Below, one piece after another: positions 53,949-62,356 of a stretch of 64,000 bases of DNA. The notes under the pieces are model-generated. The model worked only from the letters and a program-made list of their open reading frames with translations, made no database searches and had not been told where the DNA came from. Location of the stretch: contig CBDBGH010000003.1 of the NCBI GenBank assembly GCA_965205265.1, positions 704,001 to 768,000 on the forward strand. The letters are read 5' to 3'. Position 1 is the stretch's first letter; each line of letters opens with the position of its first letter. The DNA comes from Alphaproteobacteria bacterium. GTDB taxonomy: Bacteria; Pseudomonadota; Alphaproteobacteria; Bin95. Position numbers and translations under genes: made by a program.

Positions 53949-54779
53949 TCAGTCGTCCGGCAGGGACTGGAGGATCAGGGTGCCGAAGCCGACCATTTGC
54001 GGGCTCGTGCCGCGATAGGCGCGGATCGCCGAGAGGACGGACCGCGTTTCGCCGGGCGTGAGCGGCGCGGGCTCCGGCGGCGGCTCGATCGCCGCCAGCA
54101 CCGAGGGGGCGAGCGCGGTAATCCGCCCGGCAATGCTCTCGCAGGTGTCGAGCACGGCAGGGTCGCGCAGCAGCGGCCCGAGCATGGCGGCGAGATGCGT
54201 GAGGAAGCCCGGCCAGTGCGCCAGGATGCGGTAGAGCCCGGGCACGAAGACCTCGCCGGCAAGGTCGGTCTCGAATGCCGCGAGCGCGGTCCGGGTTGCC
54301 GGCGTCATCGCCGTGTCCGGAACCATGCCGGGCATGGCAGGCAAGGGCGCAGGCAGTTCGGCCGGCTCCAGCGGGACCGGCGGCTCCGCATCGGGCGGGC
54401 GCTGGCCGAGCAGCCCGGCGAGCGAGGCGGCGGCGACGAGGTTGACGGGGCTCACGCGCGCGAAGCTGCGGCAGACCGTGCGGATTGCCGCGAGGCCGCC
54501 TGCATCGACCCCGAGGCCGGCAAGCTCCGCGCGCGAAAGGGCCGGCAAGGGCGACAGGCCGGATATATCGACGCGCCGCCAGGCGAGCCGCTGCGCCGCC
54601 CCGGAAAGAAGCGCCGGCCGCAGCGCCCGCCAGGCCCAGGGCAGGAGGCCCGGATAGGCGGCCAGATGCCGGAACAGCGACGACACATAGGGCACGGCGT
54701 AGGTCCGGCGGATTTCGCCATAGACGGCGGCGATGTCGCCCGTTGCCTCGGCTTCCGAAATCTCGCGAAACGATGTCAT
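53949..54779 (-). CDS. Hypothetical protein with DehI/AhpD-like internal repeat
   Basis: EISEAEATGDIAAVYGEIR...VSSLFRHLAAYPGLL repeated as VPGLYRILAHWPGFL. Confidence 0.6.
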   Translation of the reverse strand: MTSFREISEAEATGDIAAVYGEIRRTYAVPYVSSLFRHLAAYPGLLPWAWRALRPALLSGAAQRLAWRRVDISGLSPLPALSRAELAGLGVDAGGLAAIRTVCRSFARVSPVNLVAAASLAGLLGQRPPDAEPPVPLEPAELPAPLPAMPGMVPDTAMTPATRTALAAFETDLAGEVFVPGLYRILAHWPGFLTHLAAMLGPLLRDPAVLDTCESIAGRITALAPSVLAAIEPPPEPAPLTPGETRSVLSAIRAYRGTSPQMVGFGTLILQSLPDD

Positions 54780-54841
54780 AGGGGGCTCCGATTGCCTGCC
54801 CGGGTGCGGACTTCTCCCATGGAGGCCCTATAATGGAGCCC

Positions 54842-55117
54842 ATGTCCAGCGGAGCGGCCCTGCGCAGCTATGCCCGGCACGGCTCGGTCAGCCACGGCCG
54901 GCTGGCACCGGAGCGCCTCGCGGCCATTCTGCGCGGCGCCGCGCCGGAAGGCCCGGAGATCGCGCGGGTAAGGCAGGCGCTGCTGGAGACGCCCGCAACC
55001 GGCCTCGCGCCGCTTGCGGCCGATGTGGGCCTCACCGCGGCGGCGGTCGAACGGCGGCTGGTCGAACTCTTCGGCCTCGACATCGCCGCGCTCGACCGGA
55101 TGCAACGAGGTGTCTGA
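54842..55117 (+). CDS. Small hypothetical protein, putative antitoxin partner of AbiEii
   Basis: 91-aa ORF overlapping the AbiEii start; TATAAT 7 nt upstream of ATG. Confidence 0.6.
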   Translation: MSSGAALRSYARHGSVSHGRLAPERLAAILRGAAPEGPEIARVRQALLETPATGLAPLAADVGLTAAAVERRLVELFGLDIAALDRMQRGV

Positions 55118-55769
55118 CAACGCAGCGCCCTGGGCCGGCTGGCTGGCCGACGCCGTCGGCATTCTGGACCGCGCCGGCCTCGCCCGCGATGACTGGCGCT
55201 GGGGAGGCGGAACCGTTCTGGCCCTGCGTCATGGACACCGCGTCAGCCATGACATCGACATCTTCCTCGAAGACATCCAGTTCCTCGGACTGCTCAGTCC
55301 CAGACTGAACGATTTGCAGGTCCCCTACCGGGAAACGGCCAATGTCGTTCGCCTCGAATACGGAACCCACGAAGTCGATTTCATCGTCTCCATGCAGGTA
55401 TTGCCCGATGCTGTCGAGGACGAACGCCTTGCCGTGCCCGGTGTGGCGGGCACGGTGCGGGCCATGCCGGACGAGGAGATCGTCGCGCGGAAATTCCACC
55501 ACCGGGCGGCCGGGCTTGCCGCTCGCGACATATACGACTTCGCAGTCGTGTCCCGCGCTGCGCCGCGATCGTTCGAGACACCGGACTTCCTGAGCATCCT
55601 GCGTATCCACGGCGCCACGCTTCGCCATGCGTTGGGCCGCAAGGGCCTGCCGGAAGAATATGCCGCCATCGAAACCGGCGGCTATCCGGCGGCGCCCTCT
55701 TTCGAGGCGGCAGTGGAGGCGCTGCGGGCCCGCCTCGATCTGGCGGATGCCTGCGGCCCGCTGCCCTGA
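55110..55769 (+). CDS. AbiEii/AbiGii family nucleotidyltransferase (type IV TA toxin)
   Basis: WGGGTVLALRHGHRVSHDIDIF, EIVARK, ARDIYDF motifs; GTG start. Confidence 0.85.
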   Translation: MSDNAAPWAGWLADAVGILDRAGLARDDWRWGGGTVLALRHGHRVSHDIDIFLEDIQFLGLLSPRLNDLQVPYRETANVVRLEYGTHEVDFIVSMQVLPDAVEDERLAVPGVAGTVRAMPDEEIVARKFHHRAAGLAARDIYDFAVVSRAAPRSFETPDFLSILRIHGATLRHALGRKGLPEEYAAIETGGYPAAPSFEAAVEALRARLDLADACGPLP

Positions 55770-55889
55770 AAGGCGCCGGCTCCGTCACCGCCCGCCTTGC
55801 CGCAAACGGGCGCATTCGCGTCGGAAATCGGCCAATGGCCCCGGTCCGTCCTGTCAGGCTTTCCCGCAGGCAGACAGGGGAGGGCGGTC

Positions 55890-56972
55890 ATGGCCGGAGC
55901 GCTCATGGAACGCCTGGCCGCCGGAGAGGCGGTCATCCACGGCAGCGGCTACCTGTTCGAGATGGAACGGCGCGGCTATCTCCAGGCCGGGGCCTATGTG
56001 CCCGAAGTCGTGATCGACCATCCGGAGGTTGTCGAGCAGCTGCATGAGGAGTTCGTGCGCTGCGGTTCGGACGTTGTGCTCGCCTTCACCTATTACGGCC
56101 ACCGCGAGCGGCTGCGCCTGATCGGCAGGGAGCACCTGCTGGAGCGGCTCAACCGCGACGCCATCGCCATCGCGCGCAGGGTCGCGGACCGCCATCCCGG
56201 CACGATTCTCGCCGGCGGCGCCTGCAACACCAACATGTACGACCCCGGCGACCCGGCAGCGGCGGCAACCGCGCGCGCCATGTTCGAGGAACAGATCGGC
56301 TGGGCGGCGGAGGAAGGCGTCGATTACATCGTCTGCGAGACGCTGTCGCATCTGGGCGAAGCGAGGATCGCCATAGACGTCTGCCGGCAGGCGGGCCTGC
56401 CGCTGGTGCTCGGCTTCGCGATCCACCGCTCGGGCAGGCTCCGGGACTTCGACGGCTCGCTGGCCGAAGCCTGCCGCATCTGCCTGGACGAGGGCGCGCA
56501 GCTGGTCGGCTTCAACTGCCACCGGGGCCCGGCGACCATGTTGCCGCTGCTTCGCGAGGCCGCCGGGGAGGTGGACCCGGTGCGGCTCTGCACCTGGGCC
56601 GTCGCCTACCGCACCACCGCCCTGCAGCCGGCCTTCGGCGCGCTGGTGGACGACGCCATGCCGTTTCCCGAGGCGCTGCCGGGGGGCCTGAGCTTTCCGG
56701 TCGGGCTCGATCCCTTCCAGTGCACCCGCTACGAGATGGGCGATTTCGCGCGCCAGTGCCACGAGCTGGGCCTGCGCTATTTCGGCGGCTGCTGCGGCAC
56801 CGGCCCGCACCATATCCGGGCCATGGCGGAGGCCATCGGGCGCACGCCCGCCGCCAGCCGCTACAGCCCCGACATGTCGAAGCACTATGCGCTCGGCACC
56901 GACGAGAGGCTCCTCAGGCACAACCGGGACTACGTGCCCCATTTCACGGCCGCGCCCGCGCGCGCCGGTTGA
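55890..56972 (+). CDS. Homocysteine S-methyltransferase, BHMT-like
   Basis: FEMERRGYLQAG, AFTYYGHRE, GFNCHRGP, GGCCG Zn ligands, PDMSKHY. Confidence 0.88.
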   Translation: MAGALMERLAAGEAVIHGSGYLFEMERRGYLQAGAYVPEVVIDHPEVVEQLHEEFVRCGSDVVLAFTYYGHRERLRLIGREHLLERLNRDAIAIARRVADRHPGTILAGGACNTNMYDPGDPAAAATARAMFEEQIGWAAEEGVDYIVCETLSHLGEARIAIDVCRQAGLPLVLGFAIHRSGRLRDFDGSLAEACRICLDEGAQLVGFNCHRGPATMLPLLREAAGEVDPVRLCTWAVAYRTTALQPAFGALVDDAMPFPEALPGGLSFPVGLDPFQCTRYEMGDFARQCHELGLRYFGGCCGTGPHHIRAMAEAIGRTPAASRYSPDMSKHYALGTDERLLRHNRDYVPHFTAAPARAG

Positions 56973-57021
56973 AGGGAGGCGCCCGCCGGTCGTAAACCTG
57001 TCCGCAAGAGGAGGGGACCTC

Positions 57022-57963
57022 ATGCGGATTGCGGTTTACGGCGCGGGCGCCATCGGCGGGCACCTCGCGGTTTCGCTGGCGGGTGCGGGCGCGGATGTTT
57101 CGGTCGTGGCGCGCGGAGCGCATCTGGACGCGATACGCGCGCGCGGCCTCAGCATGGGCGGGCGCACGGTCCGGCTGCCGGCAAGCGCCGATGCAGCCGA
57201 ACTCGGCCCGCAGGACGCCGTCTTCGTCACGCTCAAGAGCCACCAGCTTCCGGCGGCCCTGGAGGGCGTCTCGGCGCTGCTCGGGCCGGAAACGGCCGTG
57301 GTGACGGCCATGAACGGGCTGCCTTACTGGTATTTCCACGGGCTGGACGGCCGGCGCATCGAGAGCGTCGATCCCGGCGGGCGCATACAGGCTGCAATCG
57401 CGCCCGGGCGCGCCATCGGCTGCATCACCTTCGTCGCGGCCGAAGTGTCCGCTCCCGGCACAGTCCGCCACACCGGCGGTGCGGAGTACCGCATGGGCGA
57501 GCCGGACGGGAGCCGGTCGCGCCGGCTTGCGGCGCTCGCGGACCTGTTGCGTGCAGCCGGCATCGGGGTTGCGGTCAGCGCCGACATCCGCACCGATATC
57601 TGGCTCAAGCTGCTCGCCAATGTCTCCATCGCTCCGGTTGCCGCGCTTGCCGGCGCGTCCGTCGGAGAGACGGCGCGGGACGGGGGCGCGCGCCATGTCG
57701 TCCGCGGCGCGATGGAGGAATGCAAGGCCGTCGCGCGCGCCTTCGGGGTCGAAATCCCGATCTCGACCGAGGACCGCATAAACAAGACGGCAGGCTTCGA
57801 CACGCACCGCCCGTCGCTGCTCCAGGACATCGAGCGCGGCCGCCCGCCGGAACTCGACCCGACCCTGGGGTCGGTGCGGGAACTGGGCCGCATGGCCGGC
57901 GTCGAAACCCCGGTGATCGACGCGCTCTACGCCCTCATCCGCCTGCGCGCCGCTTCGAGCTGA
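57022..57963 (+). CDS. Ketopantoate reductase (PanE/ApbA) family protein
   Basis: VYGAGAIGG, TAMNGLPYWYF, IWLKL, SLLQDIERGRPPELD. Confidence 0.9.
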   Translation: MRIAVYGAGAIGGHLAVSLAGAGADVSVVARGAHLDAIRARGLSMGGRTVRLPASADAAELGPQDAVFVTLKSHQLPAALEGVSALLGPETAVVTAMNGLPYWYFHGLDGRRIESVDPGGRIQAAIAPGRAIGCITFVAAEVSAPGTVRHTGGAEYRMGEPDGSRSRRLAALADLLRAAGIGVAVSADIRTDIWLKLLANVSIAPVAALAGASVGETARDGGARHVVRGAMEECKAVARAFGVEIPISTEDRINKTAGFDTHRPSLLQDIERGRPPELDPTLGSVRELGRMAGVETPVIDALYALIRLRAASS

Positions 57964-58043
57964 CGGCCCGGCGTCCGGCCGACTTGACGATGCCGGGACG
58001 CCGCCGCTAGAGGTATGTTGCGGGAGGCAGCGAACGCGGTTCC

Positions 58044-59546
58044 ATGAATAACCTCGCAGTCAGGGTCCTCTCTGCTTGCCTCGTGGTTTTCGTGCTTTCT
58101 TCCTGCGAGACGGCCCGGAAAATCGGGTCCGATTTCGACAAATTCGGGTCTAACTTGCGCGCCCAGTTTCAGGGAAAAAAGGCGCCGGCGGCGAAGCCGG
58201 AAAAGGCCTCCCGGACACGCGCCGTCCATCACAGGACCAAACAGGTCGAACGCGACCGGCAGGCCCGGATCTCCACCGCGGCGCCGGTGGATCCCGAAAC
58301 TATCGAGGCGGTTGCGGAAACGGAACCGGAGCCGCCGCGGCGTACGGCGCTGGGCGTCCCGCTGCCGCGTCCCGCGCCGCGAGCGGCGGGGGGAGGCGAA
58401 GCGGCGCCGGAATTCCGGGGACAGAAACGAAAAGGCGTCGCAGACGGAAAGGGCGAGTGGCGTTCGCCCGACGGCCACCGTTATGTCGGCGCGTTCCGGA
58501 ACGGGAAATTCCACGGGCGGGGCATCTATTACTGGCCTGACGGCGAGCGCTACGAGGGCGATTTCCTGGATGGCAAATTCCAGGGAAACGCCGTCTGGTC
58601 GATGGCGAACGGGGATCGCTATACCGGGGAAGTGCGCGACGGGAAGCTGCACGGAAAAGGCATCTACAGCAGTCCCGGCGGAGAACTGTACGAGGGGGAT
58701 TTCAGGGACGGGAGATTTTACGGATTCGGCGACTGGACGATGGCGGACGGCAACCGCTATGTCGGCGATGTCCGCGACGACCGGTTCCACGGATGCGGCG
58801 CCTATATCTGGGCCAATGGGGAGTATTACGCAGGCGAGTTCCGGCACGACAGATTTCACGGCCTCGGCAGCTATGCTTGGCCGGACGGCCTCATGAAGAC
58901 CTGCGAATGGCGGGACGATGCGGAGATCGAGGAAAGCTGCGTCGAGCATCCGGCGGACGGAGGAATTCCCGAAAGAGCGGCAGCCGCCTGTTTCCGCACG
59001 GCGGTCTGGCGCGGCGCCCTGCCGGTCCCGGCCGCCGAGGGCGTCGCGGGGCGCGGAGAAGCGGAGAAGGCGAGCGCCGCGGTCCAGGGCGACGCCGACG
59101 GGGAAGAGGCAAAATATGAGGGCCAGCACCGGGACGGCAGGCCGCACGGAAGGGGCGTCCTCACCTTCGCCAACGGGGACCGCTATGTGGGCGAGTTCGC
59201 GGACGGCGAGATCGGCGGGCGCGGCACGATGTATCTCGCCAATGGCGACGTCTATGGCGGCGACGGCGCATTCGACAGCCGCGGCTTCCAGGGCTGCGGC
59301 CTCTATATCCGCGCGAACGGGGACCGCTACCTGGGGCAGTTCCGCGACGGCCGCTTCCACGGCCGGGGCACCTATGAATGGGCCGAGGGCGTGGCGGCCA
59401 CCTGCGACTGGCGGGACGGCGAGCGGGTCGTGGAAAGCTGCAAGGCCCACCGGGTGACGGTCATCGGCGAGCGCTACCGGGGCGAAGGCGTCTGCGGCAC
59501 GCTCACCGACTGGAATGTGAAGCAGAAGAAAAGATGGGGGCGATAG
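58044..59546 (+). CDS. MORN-repeat lipoprotein with two Cys-capped MORN modules
   Basis: LSSC lipobox; many YxGxFxxGxxHGxG repeats; GCG...TCxW...ESC caps. Confidence 0.85.
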   Translation: MNNLAVRVLSACLVVFVLSSCETARKIGSDFDKFGSNLRAQFQGKKAPAAKPEKASRTRAVHHRTKQVERDRQARISTAAPVDPETIEAVAETEPEPPRRTALGVPLPRPAPRAAGGGEAAPEFRGQKRKGVADGKGEWRSPDGHRYVGAFRNGKFHGRGIYYWPDGERYEGDFLDGKFQGNAVWSMANGDRYTGEVRDGKLHGKGIYSSPGGELYEGDFRDGRFYGFGDWTMADGNRYVGDVRDDRFHGCGAYIWANGEYYAGEFRHDRFHGLGSYAWPDGLMKTCEWRDDAEIEESCVEHPADGGIPERAAAACFRTAVWRGALPVPAAEGVAGRGEAEKASAAVQGDADGEEAKYEGQHRDGRPHGRGVLTFANGDRYVGEFADGEIGGRGTMYLANGDVYGGDGAFDSRGFQGCGLYIRANGDRYLGQFRDGRFHGRGTYEWAEGVAATCDWRDGERVVESCKAHRVTVIGERYRGEGVCGTLTDWNVKQKKRWGR

Positions 59547-59573
59547 GCCCGGGGGCTTTCACAGGGGGACCGA

Positions 59574-60259
59574 ATGGTCGGCGAGAACGCCTCCAAGGGT
59601 AGCCGGGCAGTAAAGGCGGCTGTCATCTGCACGACTCTTTTTGTGCTTTCCGCTTGTCTTCCGGAAGACGGAGAAAGCAGGAGCGGATCGAATCTGGAGG
59701 AAGACAGGTCCCAAAAGGCAAAATTCGAAGGGCAGTACAAGGGCGGCAAACGCCACGGACGGGGCGTTCTGAGATTTGCCAACGGCGACCGCTATGAGGG
59801 CGGGTTTGTGGATGGGGAAATTAGTGGGAAGGGAGTGCTGTATCTGGCCAACGGGACATCTATGCCAGCGACAACGGGTTCGGCCCTGACGGGTTGGAAG
59901 GATGCGGCGTATATATCGGATCGAACGGACATCGCTACAGGGGAGAGTTTCAGGGTGGAAGGTTCCACGGCCGGGGGACTTACGAGGGGAACGACGGCAC
60001 AGGGACGACCTGCGACTGGAATGCAGGCGGTCGCGTCGAAGCGACCTGCCTGGCGCATCCCGCGGTCGGAATCGGAACGAAGAAGAAGGGCGAGGGCGTT
60101 TGCGGCTCCCTTGGCGACAACAATATTCTGAGTACGGAAAGAAGGCGGATGGAACGGGAGTGCCGGGAACGGTTCGGCGAAAATTCCGCTCGACACAAGG
60201 AATGCCACGGAAGGATACGGTCCGCCGTCTTGTCGAACCTGCGGGCACGGGAGAGGTAG
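59574..60259 (+). pseudogene. Second MORN-repeat lipoprotein, frameshifted near 59853
   Basis: LSAC lipobox; colinear with the C-terminal module of 58044-59546; AAC-GGG-AC lacks one base relative to ANGD, and homology resumes in the ORF 59894-60259 frame. Confidence 0.8.
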
Positions 60260-60356
60260 CGGGAGGTTCGCGGCGAACCGGCGGTATGCACGCCCGCTTG
60301 CAGGCGGGGCGGGACCGCCTATCCTGCCCCGGCGCCGGTTGGGGAGGGGGCCGATC

Positions 60357-61484
60357 ATGAACCGACCGCTCGAAGGGTTGCTGGTGGTGAGCCTGGAGCA
60401 GGCCGTGGCGGCGCCGTTCCTGACGGCAAGGCTCGCGGATGCCGGCGCGCGTGTCATCAAGCTCGAACGAAAGGAAGGCGATTTTGCGCGCGGCTACGAC
60501 AACTATGTGCGCGGCAGCTCCACCTATTTCGTCTATCTCAACCGGGGCAAGCAGTCGCTCGTTATCGACATCAAGGACGGGGACGACCGCGCGCTGCTCC
60601 ACCGCATCCTCGCATCCGCCGATGTCTGGGTGCAGAACCTGGCGCCGGGCGCGGTGGAGCGCGCGGGTTTCGGCTCCGCAGAGCTGCGCGCCCGCTATCC
60701 CCGCCTCATCACCGTCGATATTTCCGGCTATGGCGAGACCGGGCCGCCCTACGACCGGATGAAGGCCTACGACATGCTGGTGCAGGCGGAAAGCGGCGTG
60801 GCGTCGGTGACGGGATCGGAGGCGGAGCCCGGACGGATCGGCGTCTCCGCCTGCGATATCGCGACCGGCATGTTCAGCCATGCCGCCGTGCTGGAGGCGC
60901 TCATCAAGCGCGGCATCGACGGCAAGGGTTCCGCGATCAAGGCGTCTCTCTTCGCCTCGATGGCGGACTGGATGTCCGCGCCGCTGATGTGGCACGAATA
61001 TGCGGACCGCGTCTGGCCGCGCATGGCGCTGCGCCACCCGGCGCTGGTGCCCTACGGCGCCTTCGAGACCTCCGACGGCCACCGGGTGATGATCGCCTGC
61101 CAGAACGACCGCGAATGGCGGCGCTTCGCCGAAACGGTGCTGGAGCGCCCGGACCTCGCCGCCGCGCCGGAATACGCGACCCAGGTCGCGCGGGTCGAGA
61201 ACCGCAAAGAGGTCGAGGCGGTGCTGGAAGGGATCCTGGGCGCGCTCGACCGCGAAACCCTGCGCGCGCGGCTGGCGGCGGCCGATGTCGCCTTCGGCAG
61301 CGTGAACACGGTGGCCGACCTCTCGGAGCACCCGGCCTTGCGCCGCGTGGAGATCGGCACGCCGGGCGGACCCGTCAGCCATGTCGCGCCGGCGGTCTAT
61401 TTCGACGAAGAGCCCCGGGAATACGGGCCGATCCCGGAGGTGGACGAACACGGCGCCCGGATCCGGGAGGAATTCTCGCCATGA
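60357..61484 (+). CDS. CaiB/BaiF CoA-transferase (itaconate CoA-transferase-like)
   Basis: LEGLLVVSLEQAVAAPF, GDFARGYD, LNRGKQS, KAYDMLVQAESG. Confidence 0.88.
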   Translation: MNRPLEGLLVVSLEQAVAAPFLTARLADAGARVIKLERKEGDFARGYDNYVRGSSTYFVYLNRGKQSLVIDIKDGDDRALLHRILASADVWVQNLAPGAVERAGFGSAELRARYPRLITVDISGYGETGPPYDRMKAYDMLVQAESGVASVTGSEAEPGRIGVSACDIATGMFSHAAVLEALIKRGIDGKGSAIKASLFASMADWMSAPLMWHEYADRVWPRMALRHPALVPYGAFETSDGHRVMIACQNDREWRRFAETVLERPDLAAAPEYATQVARVENRKEVEAVLEGILGALDRETLRARLAAADVAFGSVNTVADLSEHPALRRVEIGTPGGPVSHVAPAVYFDEEPREYGPIPEVDEHGARIREEFSP

Positions 61485-62356
61485 CCCACACTGCCGCAGA
61501 CCTGGAGTTTCTGCGCGACGCCATCGGCAATACCGAGGAAAGCCGCGACTTCGCCTCGCCCATGCAGATCCACGGCCTCGCCGCCCTGCTCGACAAGCCG
61601 GACGTGCCGCAGATGGGCGATCCCATCGGGCCGATGGGCCACTGGTGCTATTTCTACCCGCGCGTGCCGGCGTCGGGCATCGGCGCGGACGGCCATCCCG
61701 AGCGCGGCGGCTTCCTGCCCCCCACGCCCCTGCCGCGCCGCATGTTCGGCGGCTGCCGCACGACATACCGCCAGGATGTGCTGGTCGGCGAGGAGATCGT
61801 CCGCAAGGGGCGGATCAAGGATGTGGCGATCAAGGACGGGCGCACGGGGCTTCTCGTCATCGTCACGGTCGCTTACGGGATCGAGAGCCCGCGCGGACTC
61901 TGCATCGAGGAAGAGCATGACATCGTCTATCGCGACAACCCGCCGGCCGAAGCCGCCGACAGCCGGGGAAACAGCGGCCGGACGGGCAATGCGCCGACCG
62001 ACCACGCCTTCATCCGGGAAATCGTGCCCGACCCGGTGATGTTGTTCCGCTACTCGGCCGTCACCTTCAACGGCCACCGCATCCACTACGACCGCAAATA
62101 TGTGACCGAGGTCGAGGGTTATCCAGGCCTGATCGTCCACGGGCCGCTGACCACGACCCACATGCTGGAGCTCGGCATGGCGCAGATGCCGGGGCGGCGC
62201 GTGGCCCGCTACGACTTCCAGGCCCGCGCCCCGCTGTTCGATGTCGCGCCCTTCAAGGTCGCCGGCAAACCGGGGGACGACGGCGCCAGCCAGACCCTCT
62301 GGTCGGTAACGCCGGAAGGCAATCTCGGCACCATCGCCACCGCCGTTTACGACTGA
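61481..62356 (+). CDS. Double hot-dog hydratase (mesaconyl-C4-CoA / itaconyl-CoA hydratase-like)
   Basis: DGHPERGGFLPP..LPRRM, EEHDIVYR, LFRYSAVTFNGHRIHYD, YPGLIVHGPL. Confidence 0.88.
   Translation: MTHTAADLEFLRDAIGNTEESRDFASPMQIHGLAALLDKPDVPQMGDPIGPMGHWCYFYPRVPASGIGADGHPERGGFLPPTPLPRRMFGGCRTTYRQDVLVGEEIVRKGRIKDVAIKDGRTGLLVIVTVAYGIESPRGLCIEEEHDIVYRDNPPAEAADSRGNSGRTGNAPTDHAFIREIVPDPVMLFRYSAVTFNGHRIHYDRKYVTEVEGYPGLIVHGPLTTTHMLELGMAQMPGRRVARYDFQARAPLFDVAPFKVAGKPGDDGASQTLWSVTPEGNLGTIATAVYD

Noticed and set aside
58440-60110. MORN repeats as a CRISPR array or DGR template/variable repeat pair
   Set aside because: The repeats are protein-coding and diverge at all base types; no identical repeats with spacers, no reverse transcriptase or cas genes
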